A stretch of 64,000 nt of DNA from Pseudomonadota bacterium (lineage in GTDB: Bacteria > Pseudomonadota > Alphaproteobacteria > Sphingomonadales > Sphingomonadaceae): contig JAEWCW010000212.1 of NCBI GenBank assembly GCA_023390415.1, positions 13,751 through 77,750 on the forward strand, in the 5' to 3' direction. The first letter of the stretch is position 1. Every line of letters begins with the position of its first letter. The translations under genes were made by a program, and so were the position numbers. The notes under the pieces are model-generated. The model saw nothing but the letters and a program-made list of their open reading frames with translations, was not told where the DNA came from and ran no database searches. This document shows positions 1-9,672 of this stretch, in pieces.

Positions 1-534
1 CACGCCGGCCAGGCCCATATCGAGCCCATAGCCGAGAGCCACGCCGAGCCCGAGCATCGCCAGCGAGTAGAACAGGCTCACCACCGCGAAGGCGGTGCTC
101 ATCAGCCCGTAGCGCATCTGCGTCTGGGTCAGGTAGAAGAGCCCGTTGGCGGCGATACCGGCAAGGCCGATCCGGAGCATTCCGGCCAGTTCCGCGCTGC
201 CGAGCAGCCACCGGGCGAGCGCCTCCGCCCCGGCGAAGGTAGTAGCGAAGCCGACGAGGAAGACGGCGAGCGTGAACCACAAGGTGGTGCTCGCCATCCG
301 CCGCTTCGCCTCGGCGCTTTCGGCGTCGGCATAGAAGCGCGCCAGCGCCTGATTGATCTCCAGCGCGACGAGCAGAGTGGCGAAGCTGCCGATCACGAAG
401 ATCATGTCGAGCACGCCGTAATCTGCGGGAGATAGGATGCGGGTGTAGATCGGCAGCACGATCAGCGAGAGCCCGCGCGACAGGATCGCTGCTCCGCCGT
501 AGATCAGCGTGTCGCTGAAGAGCCGCCGCATCAT
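1..534 (-). CDS. wzx: Wzx-type oligosaccharide flippase, 5' part (runs off the window start)
   Basis: Hand translation from ATG 534: MMRRLFSDTLIYGGAAILSRGLSLIVLPIYTRILSPADYGVLDMIF, a typical flippase N-terminus followed by hydrophobic segments; ATGA overlap with the upstream stop. Not in the ORF track. Confidence 0.85.
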   Translation of the reverse strand, partial: MMRRLFSDTLIYGGAAILSRGLSLIVLPIYTRILSPADYGVLDMIFVIGSFATLLVALEINQALARFYADAESAEAKRRMASTTLWFTLAVFLVGFATTFAGAEALARWLLGSAELAGMLRIGLAGIAANGLFYLTQTQMRYGLMSTAFAVVSLFYSLAMLGLGVALGYGLDMGLAGV

Positions 535-1796
535 GGCCGGCCACCCAGGTTCGCCCGGATCTTCTCGATTAGCGCTGGGCGATGCTCAAGCAGCAGTCCG
601 TCCCAGCCGTTGGCGGCGATGTAATCGGCGAGCTGGCGCCGCCAGACCCCCTCGGCGAGCCCCCATCCCCAGATGTACAGATGCTCCTGCGGGCGCGCCA
701 TCCAGGCGGCCGGTGCGCGTCCCTCGGCAATGTCGAGAAGCCGGACGGCGATGGCCGCCGGGCTCCAGTTCCCGGCGACGAATTCCTGCGCCTGCGCGCC
801 CAGCCGCCGGCGGAAGTCCGCATCCTCCACCAGACGCCTTACCGCCGGCTTTACCGCGTCCGGACGGATGAACAGGGTCGGCGGCCGCTCGGCGTCGACA
901 TTGTCGCGCTCGTACTCGTCCGCATAATAGCTGCCGACGACCGCCGGCTTCCCGAACGTCGCGGCCTCGGTCGCGAACATCGCCATTGGAAGGTCCGAGT
1001 AGAGCTCGTCGAGAATGAAATCGCAGTCGGCGAGCTCCGCGAGCACGCGCTCGTTCGGCACACCCATCAGCTCGACATAGTCTATGCGGTAGCCTTCGGC
1101 GCTGAGCTCCTCGATCGCTTGCCGAAAGGCGGACGTGCCCTTGGCGATCGGGCGCGACGGCGCATGCACGATACGCACCGCGTCGCTGCGGCGCGTGGGC
1201 GGGACCATTTTGGGCGGACGGACCGGCAGCCCCATCGCCGCGAAGCGGACATAGTCGCGGGTGAAGAACTGGTCCGTGCCGGTATGGTTGACGATCCAGT
1301 CGGCATGGCGCTCGACGCGGCGGATCCGGCGGCGCATCGCCTGCGCCTCGGCGAAGGCACGTCGCGGATCGGCCGCCGCGCCATGATCGTCGACATGGCG
1401 TCCGCTCAGGAAAGGCGGTCGCGCGTCCGAGCCGAAGAAGATGACAATCGTGGTCTTTCCGAGCAGCTTGAGCAACGGCAGTTCATAGAATCGGAAGAAG
1501 GAGCCGAAGCCTGGAAAGATGAAGACGTCGCAGGTCCGGATCGCGTGGAGGACGATCAACAGCCGCAGGAACACGGCATAGGCCTGTCCAAACGGCCTCA
1601 GCAGCCGTGGCCCATGAAGCCACAGCCGCAGCGCCCGCGCATAGGGCCTGGCGAGGTGATGCTCCTCGGCAGCATAGCCGAAGCCGCTCGGGAAGAGCAG
1701 GAAGTGCTCGGCCTCGACGCCGATTTCCTCGAAGCCGTGCTTGAGTCCGGCGAAGAAGCCGGCGACCTCGCCCGGGCCCATTGCGATCCTCGGCAT
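531..1796 (-). CDS. Glycosyltransferase (GT-B/GT4-like)
   Basis: Start re-called at MPRIAMGPGEVAG; C-terminal RIVHAPS..AKGT, DFILDEL, EAATFGKPAVV motifs. Confidence 0.75.
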   Translation of the reverse strand: MPRIAMGPGEVAGFFAGLKHGFEEIGVEAEHFLLFPSGFGYAAEEHHLARPYARALRLWLHGPRLLRPFGQAYAVFLRLLIVLHAIRTCDVFIFPGFGSFFRFYELPLLKLLGKTTIVIFFGSDARPPFLSGRHVDDHGAAADPRRAFAEAQAMRRRIRRVERHADWIVNHTGTDQFFTRDYVRFAAMGLPVRPPKMVPPTRRSDAVRIVHAPSRPIAKGTSAFRQAIEELSAEGYRIDYVELMGVPNERVLAELADCDFILDELYSDLPMAMFATEAATFGKPAVVGSYYADEYERDNVDAERPPTLFIRPDAVKPAVRRLVEDADFRRRLGAQAQEFVAGNWSPAAIAVRLLDIAEGRAPAAWMARPQEHLYIWGWGLAEGVWRRQLADYIAANGWDGLLLEHRPALIEKIRANLGGRP

Positions 1797-1804
1797 CCCG
1801 AGCC

Positions 1805-2578
1805 TCAGGCCCGACGGGAATAGAGCGCCGCTTCCAGGGCACGGGCATCGGGAAAGTTGACGAGCACCCCCATGCCCTGCTTCTGGAACACGACCATCGA
1901 CCCGAGCGCGACTGCCGAGGCGCCGCCACGGTTCACCACTTCGCCGATATGATCGACATTGGCCGCGCCGCCCTGCGCGATCACCGGGATGTTGACGGCT
2001 TCCGCCACGCTCCGGGTCAGATCGACGTCGAACCCCTCCCACGTGCCTTCACGATCGACCGCGGTCAGCAAGATTTCTCCCGCTCCCGCCGCTTCCGCCC
2101 GGCGTGCCCATTCCACGGGTTCAAGGCCGGTCTTGCGCGTTCCGCCGGCAGTGACGACCCGCGGCCGCCCGAACAGGTCTCGCCTGACGTCGATCGAGGC
2201 GATCACCGCCTGGCTTCCCCAGCGCTCCGCAAGCGCGCCGATGAGCCGCGCATCCTCGACCGCGGCGGTGTTCACCGCGATCTTCTCGAAGCCGATGTCG
2301 AAAACCGCCTTCGCATCGTCGACGCTGCGGATGCCGCCCCCATAGCCCAATGGCATGAAGCATTCGTCGGCGATGTCGGCAAGCACGCGAAGGTTGGGCG
2401 ATCGCTTCTCTCGGGTCGCCGTGATGTCCAGGAAGAGAAGCTCGTCGACCTCGAGCTCATTGAAGATGCGCACGGTGTTGCACGGATCTCCGACATAGGT
2501 GAACCTGCCGAACCGGACGGTCTTCACCAGGCTTTCGTTGCGCAGCAGCAGCGCCGGGATGACCCGTATCCTGAGCAT
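1805..2578 (-). CDS. hisF2: HisF-like cyclase subunit of a sugar amidation/acetamidino module
   Basis: MLRIRVIPALLL..VKTVRF..YVGDPCNTVRIFNELEVDEL..MPLGYGGGIRS..GAGEILLTAVDREGT; lies in the polysaccharide locus. Confidence 0.88.
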   Translation of the reverse strand: MLRIRVIPALLLRNESLVKTVRFGRFTYVGDPCNTVRIFNELEVDELLFLDITATREKRSPNLRVLADIADECFMPLGYGGGIRSVDDAKAVFDIGFEKIAVNTAAVEDARLIGALAERWGSQAVIASIDVRRDLFGRPRVVTAGGTRKTGLEPVEWARRAEAAGAGEILLTAVDREGTWEGFDVDLTRSVAEAVNIPVIAQGGAANVDHIGEVVNRGGASAVALGSMVVFQKQGMGVLVNFPDARALEAALYSRRA

Positions 2579-3183
2579 CACAGCTTCGCGAAGTTGGTCA
2601 GGAGCTGCATACCGAAGCGGTGGCTCTTCTCCGGGTGGAACTGGGCGCCGTAGATGTTGCCGCGGTGGACCGCCGCATCGAAGTCGAGCCCGTAATGGGC
2701 GCGCAGGATCGAATCGCCGGCGTCGTCCGCCTGTACGTAGTAGGAATGGACGAAATAGAACCGCGCTTCCGACGAGAGATCGGCGGTCAGCGGATTGGGT
2801 CGCATCTGGCGGACGAGATTCCACCCCATGTGCGGCACCTTGAGCCCGGGGAGAGCGGGAAAGCGCTTGGTTTCTGCTGCAATCCAGCCGAGACCCGGAC
2901 TCCGGCCCTCTTCGCTGCCGCGGGTCAGAAGCTGCATGCCGAGGCAGATGCCGAGGATCGGTATCTTCTCCTCCAGCGCCTTCCGGTCGAGGACGGTGCG
3001 CAGCTCCGAGGCGTTGATCCGCTCCATCGCCACGTCGAAGGCGCCCACGCCGGGCAGCAGGATCTTCTCAGCGGCGGCGATTCGGTCGAGGTCGGAGGTC
3101 ACTTCCGCCGCCGCGCCGATGCGCTTGAACATGTTCCGGATCGAACCGAGGTTGCCGATCCCGTAGTCGATGACGGTGATCAT
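2578..3183 (-). CDS. hisH2: HisH-like glutamine amidotransferase subunit
   Basis: MITVIDYGIGNLGS, LPGVGAF, GICLGMQLL (catalytic Cys), QFHPEKS triad motif. Confidence 0.9.
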   Translation of the reverse strand: MITVIDYGIGNLGSIRNMFKRIGAAAEVTSDLDRIAAAEKILLPGVGAFDVAMERINASELRTVLDRKALEEKIPILGICLGMQLLTRGSEEGRSPGLGWIAAETKRFPALPGLKVPHMGWNLVRQMRPNPLTADLSSEARFYFVHSYYVQADDAGDSILRAHYGLDFDAAVHRGNIYGAQFHPEKSHRFGMQLLTNFAKL

Positions 3184-4349
3184 TGGTCGGTCTTCGCCGG
3201 GAAGCAATATTTGAGATAGAAGCTCATCGGCACCAGATTGGCCTTGGCGAGGGCGCCGAACAGCGGCCGGAAACGCTCGAACCTCTTCTTGTAGGTCGGG
3301 AATTCCCACCAGGAGCGCGGCGGCTCCGCCATCTTGCGCTCATATTCCTCGTCGGAAAGGTCGAGCCGCTTCTTGAAATAGGCGACGAGATCGTCCTCGA
3401 TATGCGGCGCGGTATTGTACTCCGCCCAGGCATCCTCCCGCGACAGCACGCCGTTGCGCGCCAGGGCCGACAGCGTGTTGTTGCGCATGTCGGTCGAGAA
3501 TTTCTGCGGCAGATAGACGCTGTGCAGGAACGAGGACATGCGGTTCTCGAGATGGTGGCCGCCATAATATTTCCAGCCGAACCTCTGCTCGAGAAACCCG
3601 CGCGCCCGCTCTTTCGAATAATCGAGATACCAGAATGGCCGGATCTTGCGGATCCGCGCCGCGGCCGTCCAGCGAAGCATGCGGGAGAAGGTCATCAGCG
3701 GGTAGGAGTTCATCGGCCGCCGACCGAACTGGTCGTGGATGGCCTTGATGTACTTGCCGTCGAAATAGTTGCGGCCGACGGGCGTGATCCCTTCGGTGAC
3801 GAAGCTGTGGCCCTCGAGGACGTACCGCACGCCGAACTTCCAAGCCGCGCGGTACATCGTCTCGGCCAGTGCGAGGTCGGTCGACGCCTCGATCTCGGCG
3901 ACACCAGCAAGAAAGAAGGAGCGGAAGATGTCCTCCGATTCCTTGTTGTCGATGACATGGGTGTAAAGATCGACGTCGAGCTCGCTGAGCACCTTGCGAA
4001 TATTCTCGGTCGCAATCGCCGAGTTCCACGTATTGTCGTAGTGAACCGCGAGGGGGCGCAGGCCCCACTCCTTGGCGAGGTAGACCATGTAGGAGGAATC
4101 GACGCCACCGCTCACGCCGATCACGCAATCATATTTCTTGCCCCGGCCCGCGCGCTTGATCTCCCCGATGATCCGCTCCAGCTCCCGCTCGCCGGCGTCG
4201 GTACCGGTGCCGAACTCGCCCTTCAGCTGATCAACCTGGTGGCAGAAATTGCAGATCCCTGCGGAATCGAACGTGATCCCGGGGACCCGCTCGTCATAGA
4301 TGCAGCGGTTGCAGATGCGAACGCCCGCCTCGGAAATCGAAGAGCTCAT
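3180..4349 (-). CDS. N-acetyl sugar amidotransferase (WbpG/PseA-like, PP-loop)
   Basis: CNRC..CNFC Cys cluster, YDCVIGVSGGVDSS PP-loop, GLRPLAVHYDNTWNS; adjacent to hisH/hisF homologues. Start re-called at MSSSISE. Confidence 0.85.
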   Translation of the reverse strand: MSSSISEAGVRICNRCIYDERVPGITFDSAGICNFCHQVDQLKGEFGTGTDAGERELERIIGEIKRAGRGKKYDCVIGVSGGVDSSYMVYLAKEWGLRPLAVHYDNTWNSAIATENIRKVLSELDVDLYTHVIDNKESEDIFRSFFLAGVAEIEASTDLALAETMYRAAWKFGVRYVLEGHSFVTEGITPVGRNYFDGKYIKAIHDQFGRRPMNSYPLMTFSRMLRWTAAARIRKIRPFWYLDYSKERARGFLEQRFGWKYYGGHHLENRMSSFLHSVYLPQKFSTDMRNNTLSALARNGVLSREDAWAEYNTAPHIEDDLVAYFKKRLDLSDEEYERKMAEPPRSWWEFPTYKKRFERFRPLFGALAKANLVPMSFYLKYCFPAKTDQ

Positions 4350-4647
4350 CGGCTTCGGCGGCGGGGCGGTCAGGCGCTGATCTCCGGCCGACGAGCCGCT
4401 CCCGCCACCTTTGTGATTTCGCACCGTGGACAACGCTCTTCCCCGCTTGCTGGCCAGCATCTGCGCGATTCCAGCGCCCGCAAATTCGGAAGCACCTGTA
4501 AAGCGATGCCTTTTCGAACGGGCGGGGCGGGCATAGCGCGCATGCGTGGAAAAGCGAAGGGCAAACTCGCAGGTGCAAAATGGGGCCTGGGAGCGGCGAC
4601 TGCTCCGCGTTTCTGGGCACCCGCCTTCCGGTGACCCTGCGGCGCCT

Positions 4648-5562
4648 TCAGCCCAGTCTGGTGCGCAAAGACCGAAGCACTGTCGCCGCGGGCACTGCGC
4701 CTTCGCCGTCGATTTCAACCTCAATCAGCCTTACGGCGCCCTCGCCGCTCGCGACCACCACATGACTGTTGCCGATCTCGACCACAGCGCCCGGAGCGCC
4801 CATGAAGCGGCGCGACTCCCGTTGCGAGCGCCATATCCGGAGCGTGCGACCGTCGGGAAGCAAGGTGAACGCGCCCGGATAAGGCCGTGTCTGCGCACGC
4901 ACGAAGTCGTGGATGCTGTCGCCGCTCCAGTGCCACAGGATTTTTCCGTCTTCGGGCAGACGCAAACCGCAATAGCTCGGCGGATCGTCGGGCTGCTCGG
5001 TGAGGACCAGTTCGCCGCGCGATGCCGCGAAGGCGTCCAGCATCTCGCTCACCAAGACGTCCATCTTGGCGAGCGCGTCTGCAATCGTCTCCTCTGGACG
5101 GAGCGCAGTCTTTCTCTGCGCAACCAGTCGACCGGCGTCCATTTCGGCGGTCAGCTCGAAGAAGCTGACGCCGATCTCCCTTTCTCCCTGGATGATCTGC
5201 CACACCAGCGGAGCATTGCCCCGGTAGCGGGGGAGCGGCGAATAATGGAAGCCCAGGAAAAGCGTCTGCGGCCGATCCTCCACAGGAAGGATCTGGTACC
5301 AACCGTGGACGATGGCAGTGTCGGGGGCATAGCGGTCGACCAGCGCCATCGTCTCCTGCCGGTTGGCCGCTACGTGGAGCGGGAGGCCGGCCTCGGCGGC
5401 GAGGCTCTGGAAGCCGGTCAGAGCCGAGCGCGGATCCGCGCGGTCGTCGGGGCAGATGATCGCCTTCAGCGCCCCTTTCGGCAGGCTCTCAGCCAACTTG
5501 CGGCAGGCGGCGAGGCCAGCCGATTTGCTGCCGAGGAAGACCAGGGAGCGCCCGGTCGCCAT
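4648..5562 (-). CDS. Fmt-like formyltransferase, probably a nucleotide-sugar N-formyltransferase
   Basis: FHYSPLPRYRGNAP, EMDAG, FVRAQTRPYPGAF motifs; located among sugar genes. Confidence 0.8.
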   Translation of the reverse strand: MATGRSLVFLGSKSAGLAACRKLAESLPKGALKAIICPDDRADPRSALTGFQSLAAEAGLPLHVAANRQETMALVDRYAPDTAIVHGWYQILPVEDRPQTLFLGFHYSPLPRYRGNAPLVWQIIQGEREIGVSFFELTAEMDAGRLVAQRKTALRPEETIADALAKMDVLVSEMLDAFAASRGELVLTEQPDDPPSYCGLRLPEDGKILWHWSGDSIHDFVRAQTRPYPGAFTLLPDGRTLRIWRSQRESRRFMGAPGAVVEIGNSHVVVASGEGAVRLIEVEIDGEGAVPAATVLRSLRTRLG

Positions 5563-5563
5563 G

Positions 5564-6649
5564 TCAGGCGACGAGGCGCGCCGTGGCGTCGATCACACGG
5601 TCGACGTCGAGGCCGCCATAGCAGGGGAAAGTGATCGTCTCGCGCTGGAGCCGCTCGGCGACCGGCTGCACGTCATTATACTGGCGCCGATAGAAAGTGG
5701 TGCCGCTGAGGCAGTAGGTGCCGATCGTCGCCTCGATCCCTTCTTCCCGCAGCCCGCCGATCAGGGCATCGCGGCCGACCCCCGCGGGGACCCGGAAGAC
5801 CAGCGACTGAACGTTGTAGACGACATCCTCGCCGACCGCCTGCGCCCGGAAGCCGAGCGGCTCGAGACGCTCGATGAACGCGTCGCGGATCGCATTCCGC
5901 TCTTCAACGATCGCGTTCAGCTTGCGCAGCTGGGCGCGGCCGAAGATGGCCTGAGCTTCGGAAAGCCTGAAATTGTAGCCGTAATCGGTGAAGTCGAGGC
6001 CGTAACCGAGAGGTCCGGAGGCGCCGTGGCTGAGCTTCACGTCGAACCAACTTGCCCAGGCGGGATTGGCGAACGTGATCGCGCCGCCCTCGCCGGTGTT
6101 GAGCAGCTTGCGCGGGTGGAAGCTGAAGCAGGTCAGGTCTGAGATCGCGCCGCAGCGCACGCCCCGCTCGCTGCTCCCGATCGCGCAGGCTGCATCCTCG
6201 ATCAGCGGCAGGCCGCGCGCGCGGCAGATGTCACGGATGGCGTGGAGCCCGGTCGGGTTGCCGAGCGCGTCGACGAAGATCACCGCTTTGGTGCGCGGCG
6301 TGATCGCTCGCTCCAGCGCCTCGGGCGTCATGTTGTAATGATCTGGAGAGACGTCGGCGAAGACCGGTCGGGCGCCCACATCGACGACGACATTGGCGGT
6401 CGCGGGGAAGGAGAAATCCGCGACGACAACCTCATCGCCTTTCCCGATCTCCAGCAGCCGCAGGCACACCCACAGCGCCGTGGTCGCCGAGGTGGCCAGA
6501 TAGGCGTGGGTGGCACCGGTGAAGGTGCCCAGTTCCGCACGCAGCGCTTCGACATGTTCGCCGCGGGTGAATATCCCGCTCTCGAACATGGCGCGAAGAT
6601 CGTCCTCGACTTCCTCATAGGCGATCGAAGGTCGGATGAGCTTGATCAT
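5564..6649 (-). CDS. DegT/DnrJ/EryC1/StrS PLP-dependent sugar aminotransferase
   Basis: SATTAL, IEDAACAIG, SFHPRKLLNTGEGG (PLP lysine), GYNFRLSE. Confidence 0.9.
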   Translation of the reverse strand: MIKLIRPSIAYEEVEDDLRAMFESGIFTRGEHVEALRAELGTFTGATHAYLATSATTALWVCLRLLEIGKGDEVVVADFSFPATANVVVDVGARPVFADVSPDHYNMTPEALERAITPRTKAVIFVDALGNPTGLHAIRDICRARGLPLIEDAACAIGSSERGVRCGAISDLTCFSFHPRKLLNTGEGGAITFANPAWASWFDVKLSHGASGPLGYGLDFTDYGYNFRLSEAQAIFGRAQLRKLNAIVEERNAIRDAFIERLEPLGFRAQAVGEDVVYNVQSLVFRVPAGVGRDALIGGLREEGIEATIGTYCLSGTTFYRRQYNDVQPVAERLQRETITFPCYGGLDVDRVIDATARLVA

Positions 6650-7617
6650 GCCGCCGCGCCCCAGCGCGTGCGATACCAGTCGAGCGTCCGCTTCAGCCCG
6701 TCGTCGAACGGCGTGAGCTGGTAATCGATCAGGTCCCGGACCTTGGCATTGCTGGCGTTGTGCATCAGCACGTCTGCGGCGCGGGCCTCACGGCGGGCGA
6801 CCTCGCCGGTGAAACCGAAATCGGCGCAGATGCGGCCGATCAGATCCTCGACCGTGATCTGGCCGTCGGTGGAGATGTTGACGCTCTCGCCGGCGGGAAG
6901 CACCCCAAACAGTTTGACCACTGCATCCACGGTGTCGCCGACATAGATGAAGTCGCGGCTCTGCTGCCCTGTGCCGTGAATCTCCGGCTGACCGCCGGTG
7001 TGCAGGCGCCAGGCCGTGATCGGGATCACGCCGGCAAGCGGGCCGCGATGATTCTGCCGGGGGCCGTAATTGTTGAACGGCCGGACGATGAACGCGTCGA
7101 CCTCGAACATGCGATGGTAGCTCTCGACCGCCAGGTCCGCAGCCGCCTTGCCTGCGGCGTAGGTGGTGGTCGGGTTCCGCGGGTGAGCCTCGTCCATCGG
7201 CTCATAGACCGCGGTGCCGTACACTTCGCTCGTCGAGAAATGACACAGCGTGCGAAACGCGCCCTTGCGCTGCAGCTCTAGCAGGTTGAGCGTCCCGGTG
7301 ACGTTCGTCGCGAAGGCATCGGCCGGATTGACGAACGAATAGTTCAGCGCCTTGGTCGCGCAATTGAAGACGCTGTCGATCTCATGCTGCTCGAACATGT
7401 AGGCGAGTGCACCAGGGAACTCGATGTCGTCGCGGTAGAAGCTGAGCTTGCCGGTCGCGGCCGCGTCGGCGAGGTTGGCCTCGTCACCGGTGAACAGATT
7501 GTCGACGGCAACGACGTGACCGGCGCCCGCAGCGATCAGCCGGTCGACGAGGTGGCTGCCGATGAAGCCGGCGCCTCCCGTCACCAGAATGGTCTTGCCG
7601 GAGAAGTCTCTCATCAT
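6646..7617 (-). CDS. NAD-dependent nucleotide-sugar epimerase/dehydratase (extended SDR)
   Basis: ILVTGGAGFIGSHL, STSEVYG, YAAGK, RPFNNYGPRQ. Start at MMRDFSGK. Confidence 0.9.
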   Translation of the reverse strand: MMRDFSGKTILVTGGAGFIGSHLVDRLIAAGAGHVVAVDNLFTGDEANLADAAATGKLSFYRDDIEFPGALAYMFEQHEIDSVFNCATKALNYSFVNPADAFATNVTGTLNLLELQRKGAFRTLCHFSTSEVYGTAVYEPMDEAHPRNPTTTYAAGKAAADLAVESYHRMFEVDAFIVRPFNNYGPRQNHRGPLAGVIPITAWRLHTGGQPEIHGTGQQSRDFIYVGDTVDAVVKLFGVLPAGESVNISTDGQITVEDLIGRICADFGFTGEVARREARAADVLMHNASNAKVRDLIDYQLTPFDDGLKRTLDWYRTRWGAAA

Positions 7618-8576
7618 GTCCTTGCGCCTACGATCTGACTGCTGATTGCCTCGGCCACGGCAAGGGAAGCGACTCCCTGGTCGAAGTCGGGGATTGACGC
7701 CGGGGTGTCGCCCTTGACCAGGGCGATGAAGGCCTGGAGCTCGCTGAGCAGGGCCTCCTGGAGGCCGACCGTGACCGCCTCCTGCTGGGACGACACCGAA
7801 TAGAAGCTCATCCCGCGCTCCTGGATCACCGACTGGCGATGGATCAGTATCTCCTTGCGCAGAAGGTCGCAGTCCACGAAGCGGTCCTCGCACGTCGCCT
7901 CTATAAGGCGGATCTTCTTTTCGGTGATGCGGCTGGCCTGAAGGCGGGAGAAGCTGCCGTTTTCGTGCACCAGCTGAGCCGAGGCGAACTCGATGAGGCC
8001 GTCCCGGTCTACGCCTTGTGCAGCGATTTGCGCCACCGGCCCGTTGAGCAGCAACGCCAGATCGATGTCGTGGATCATCAGGTCCATGATCACGTCAACG
8101 TCTGTGATCCGCGCGCTGAGGCGGTTGGTGCGTGTGAAATCGATGCTGATCACCCGCGCGGCGTCGTCGAGCACCTGTCGCAGCGCGGTCACCGCCGGAT
8201 TGAACCGCTCGATGAAGCCGACCTGCACGCGAGTGCCGGAATCGCGCACGGCCTGCTCGATCCGGCGCGCCGCTTCCAGCGAGTGGGCGAGCGGCTTCTC
8301 GACGAACAGCGCGCCGACCTTGGGGGCGTAGCGCTCGACATAATCGGCGTGCGTGGAAGTTGGCGTGCAGATGATCAGCGCATCGACGCCGGACACCGCA
8401 GCCTCAAGGTCGCCGGCTGCCGGGACGCCGAACTGCTCGCCCGTCTGGCGGGCGTGGTCGATCGCGCTGTCGTGCACGAAGGCGATCTCCACGCCGCGCA
8501 TCATCGACAGCACGCGCAGGTGGTTGCGGCCCATCTGACCGAGGCCGAGAAGCCCGATGCGGACGTCGCTGCTCAT
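7614..8576 (-). CDS. Gfo/Idh/MocA oxidoreductase (sugar 3-dehydrogenase-like)
   Basis: GLLGLGQMGRNH, VEKPL, VGFIERFNP, DLMIHDID. Confidence 0.88.
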   Translation of the reverse strand: MSSDVRIGLLGLGQMGRNHLRVLSMMRGVEIAFVHDSAIDHARQTGEQFGVPAAGDLEAAVSGVDALIICTPTSTHADYVERYAPKVGALFVEKPLAHSLEAARRIEQAVRDSGTRVQVGFIERFNPAVTALRQVLDDAARVISIDFTRTNRLSARITDVDVIMDLMIHDIDLALLLNGPVAQIAAQGVDRDGLIEFASAQLVHENGSFSRLQASRITEKKIRLIEATCEDRFVDCDLLRKEILIHRQSVIQERGMSFYSVSSQQEAVTVGLQEALLSELQAFIALVKGDTPASIPDFDQGVASLAVAEAISSQIVGART

Positions 8577-9076
8577 TCGCCGATCTCGCTGATCTTGTTC
8601 CCGTCGCGGTCAATCCGCGCACAGGGCCGGGCGGGGTTGCCGCGCACGAGAGTGTAAGGCGCGACGTCGCGGGTGACGACGCTCCCCGCCGCGACCATGG
8701 CGAACTCGCCGATCGTCGTCCCGCACACGATCGTCGCATTGGCGCCGATGCTCGCGCCGTTCTCGATCCGGGTCGGCGTGATCTGCCAGGTCGCATTGAA
8801 AGCACGTGGAACGCGATCGTTGGTGAACACAGCGTTCGGACCGACGAAAACGTCGTCGCCGATCGTCACGCCCTGATAGATCGACACTCCATTCTGCACC
8901 TTGCAGCGGTCGCCGATCTCCACATTCGCGTCCACATACACATCCTTCGAAAGGATGCTGCCCTCACCGATGCGCGCATTCTCCCGCACCTGGACGTTGA
9001 TCCACAGCTTCGATCCTTCGCCGATCGAAGCGTCGGGATGCACCTCCGCGCTGGGATGGATGTAGGTCTGGGACAC
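8573..9076 (-). CDS. Hexapeptide-repeat N-acyltransferase (WbpD-like) #2
   Basis: GTG start, SQTYIHPSAEV; left-handed beta-helix repeats; [20 protein letters not shown]. Confidence 0.85.
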   Translation of the reverse strand: MSQTYIHPSAEVHPDASIGEGSKLWINVQVRENARIGEGSILSKDVYVDANVEIGDRCKVQNGVSIYQGVTIGDDVFVGPNAVFTNDRVPRAFNATWQITPTRIENGASIGANATIVCGTTIGEFAMVAAGSVVTRDVAPYTLVRGNPARPCARIDRDGNKISEIGE

Positions 9077-9095
9077 TCGGAAACCCTTCAACTGT

Positions 9096-9671
9096 TTAGC
9101 TGCGGACCAGCTCTCCGGCCGCCAGCCGGTAGGTCTCGCCCGACTGGGGGCACTGCGCTTCGCCATCGCCCTCGACCGGGAGTGCGAGCCGCTCGCCGCT
9201 CTCGCTCATCCAGCCGATCTGCCGTGCCGGGACGCCGGCCATCAGCGCATAGGGCCTGACGTCCCGATTGACCACGGCGCCGGCCGCGATGAAGCAATAT
9301 TGGCCGAGCTCGACGCCGCAGACGATCGTGGCATTGGCGCCGATCGTCGCCCCGCGTCGGACCGTCGTCGTGCGATATTCGTCCTTCCGGCTCACGGCGG
9401 CGCGCGGGTTGTAAACGTTGGTGAACACCATGCTCGGCCCGCAGAAGACGTCGTCCTCCAGCCGCACCGCGTCGTAGATGCTGACATTGTTCTGGACGCG
9501 GACGCCGTTGCCGATGACGACATCGTTGGCGACGAACACGTTCTGGCCGAACGAGCAATTCTCGCCGATCCGAGCGCCCCCGCTGATATGGACCCAGTGC
9601 CAGACCTTGGTTCCGGCGCCGATCTCGGCGCCCTCGTCAACGATCGCGGTGGGGTGGATCGACACGTTCAT
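9096..9671 (-). CDS. wbpD: UDP-GlcNAc(3NH2)A N-acetyltransferase-like (WbpD/WlbB)
   Basis: [61 protein letters not shown]; closely matches the remembered WbpD/WlbB pattern. Confidence 0.85.
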   Translation of the reverse strand: MNVSIHPTAIVDEGAEIGAGTKVWHWVHISGGARIGENCSFGQNVFVANDVVIGNGVRVQNNVSIYDAVRLEDDVFCGPSMVFTNVYNPRAAVSRKDEYRTTTVRRGATIGANATIVCGVELGQYCFIAAGAVVNRDVRPYALMAGVPARQIGWMSESGERLALPVEGDGEAQCPQSGETYRLAAGELVRS

Positions 9672-9672
9672 C

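Noticed and set aside
1805..3183. hisF/hisH as histidine biosynthesis genes
   Set aside because: Embedded in the sugar locus beside an amidotransferase; they fit the glycan-modification paralogues.
4648..5562. Housekeeping fmt
   Set aside because: Lacks the FMGTP start typical of Fmt, has no def neighbour and lies among nucleotide-sugar genes.
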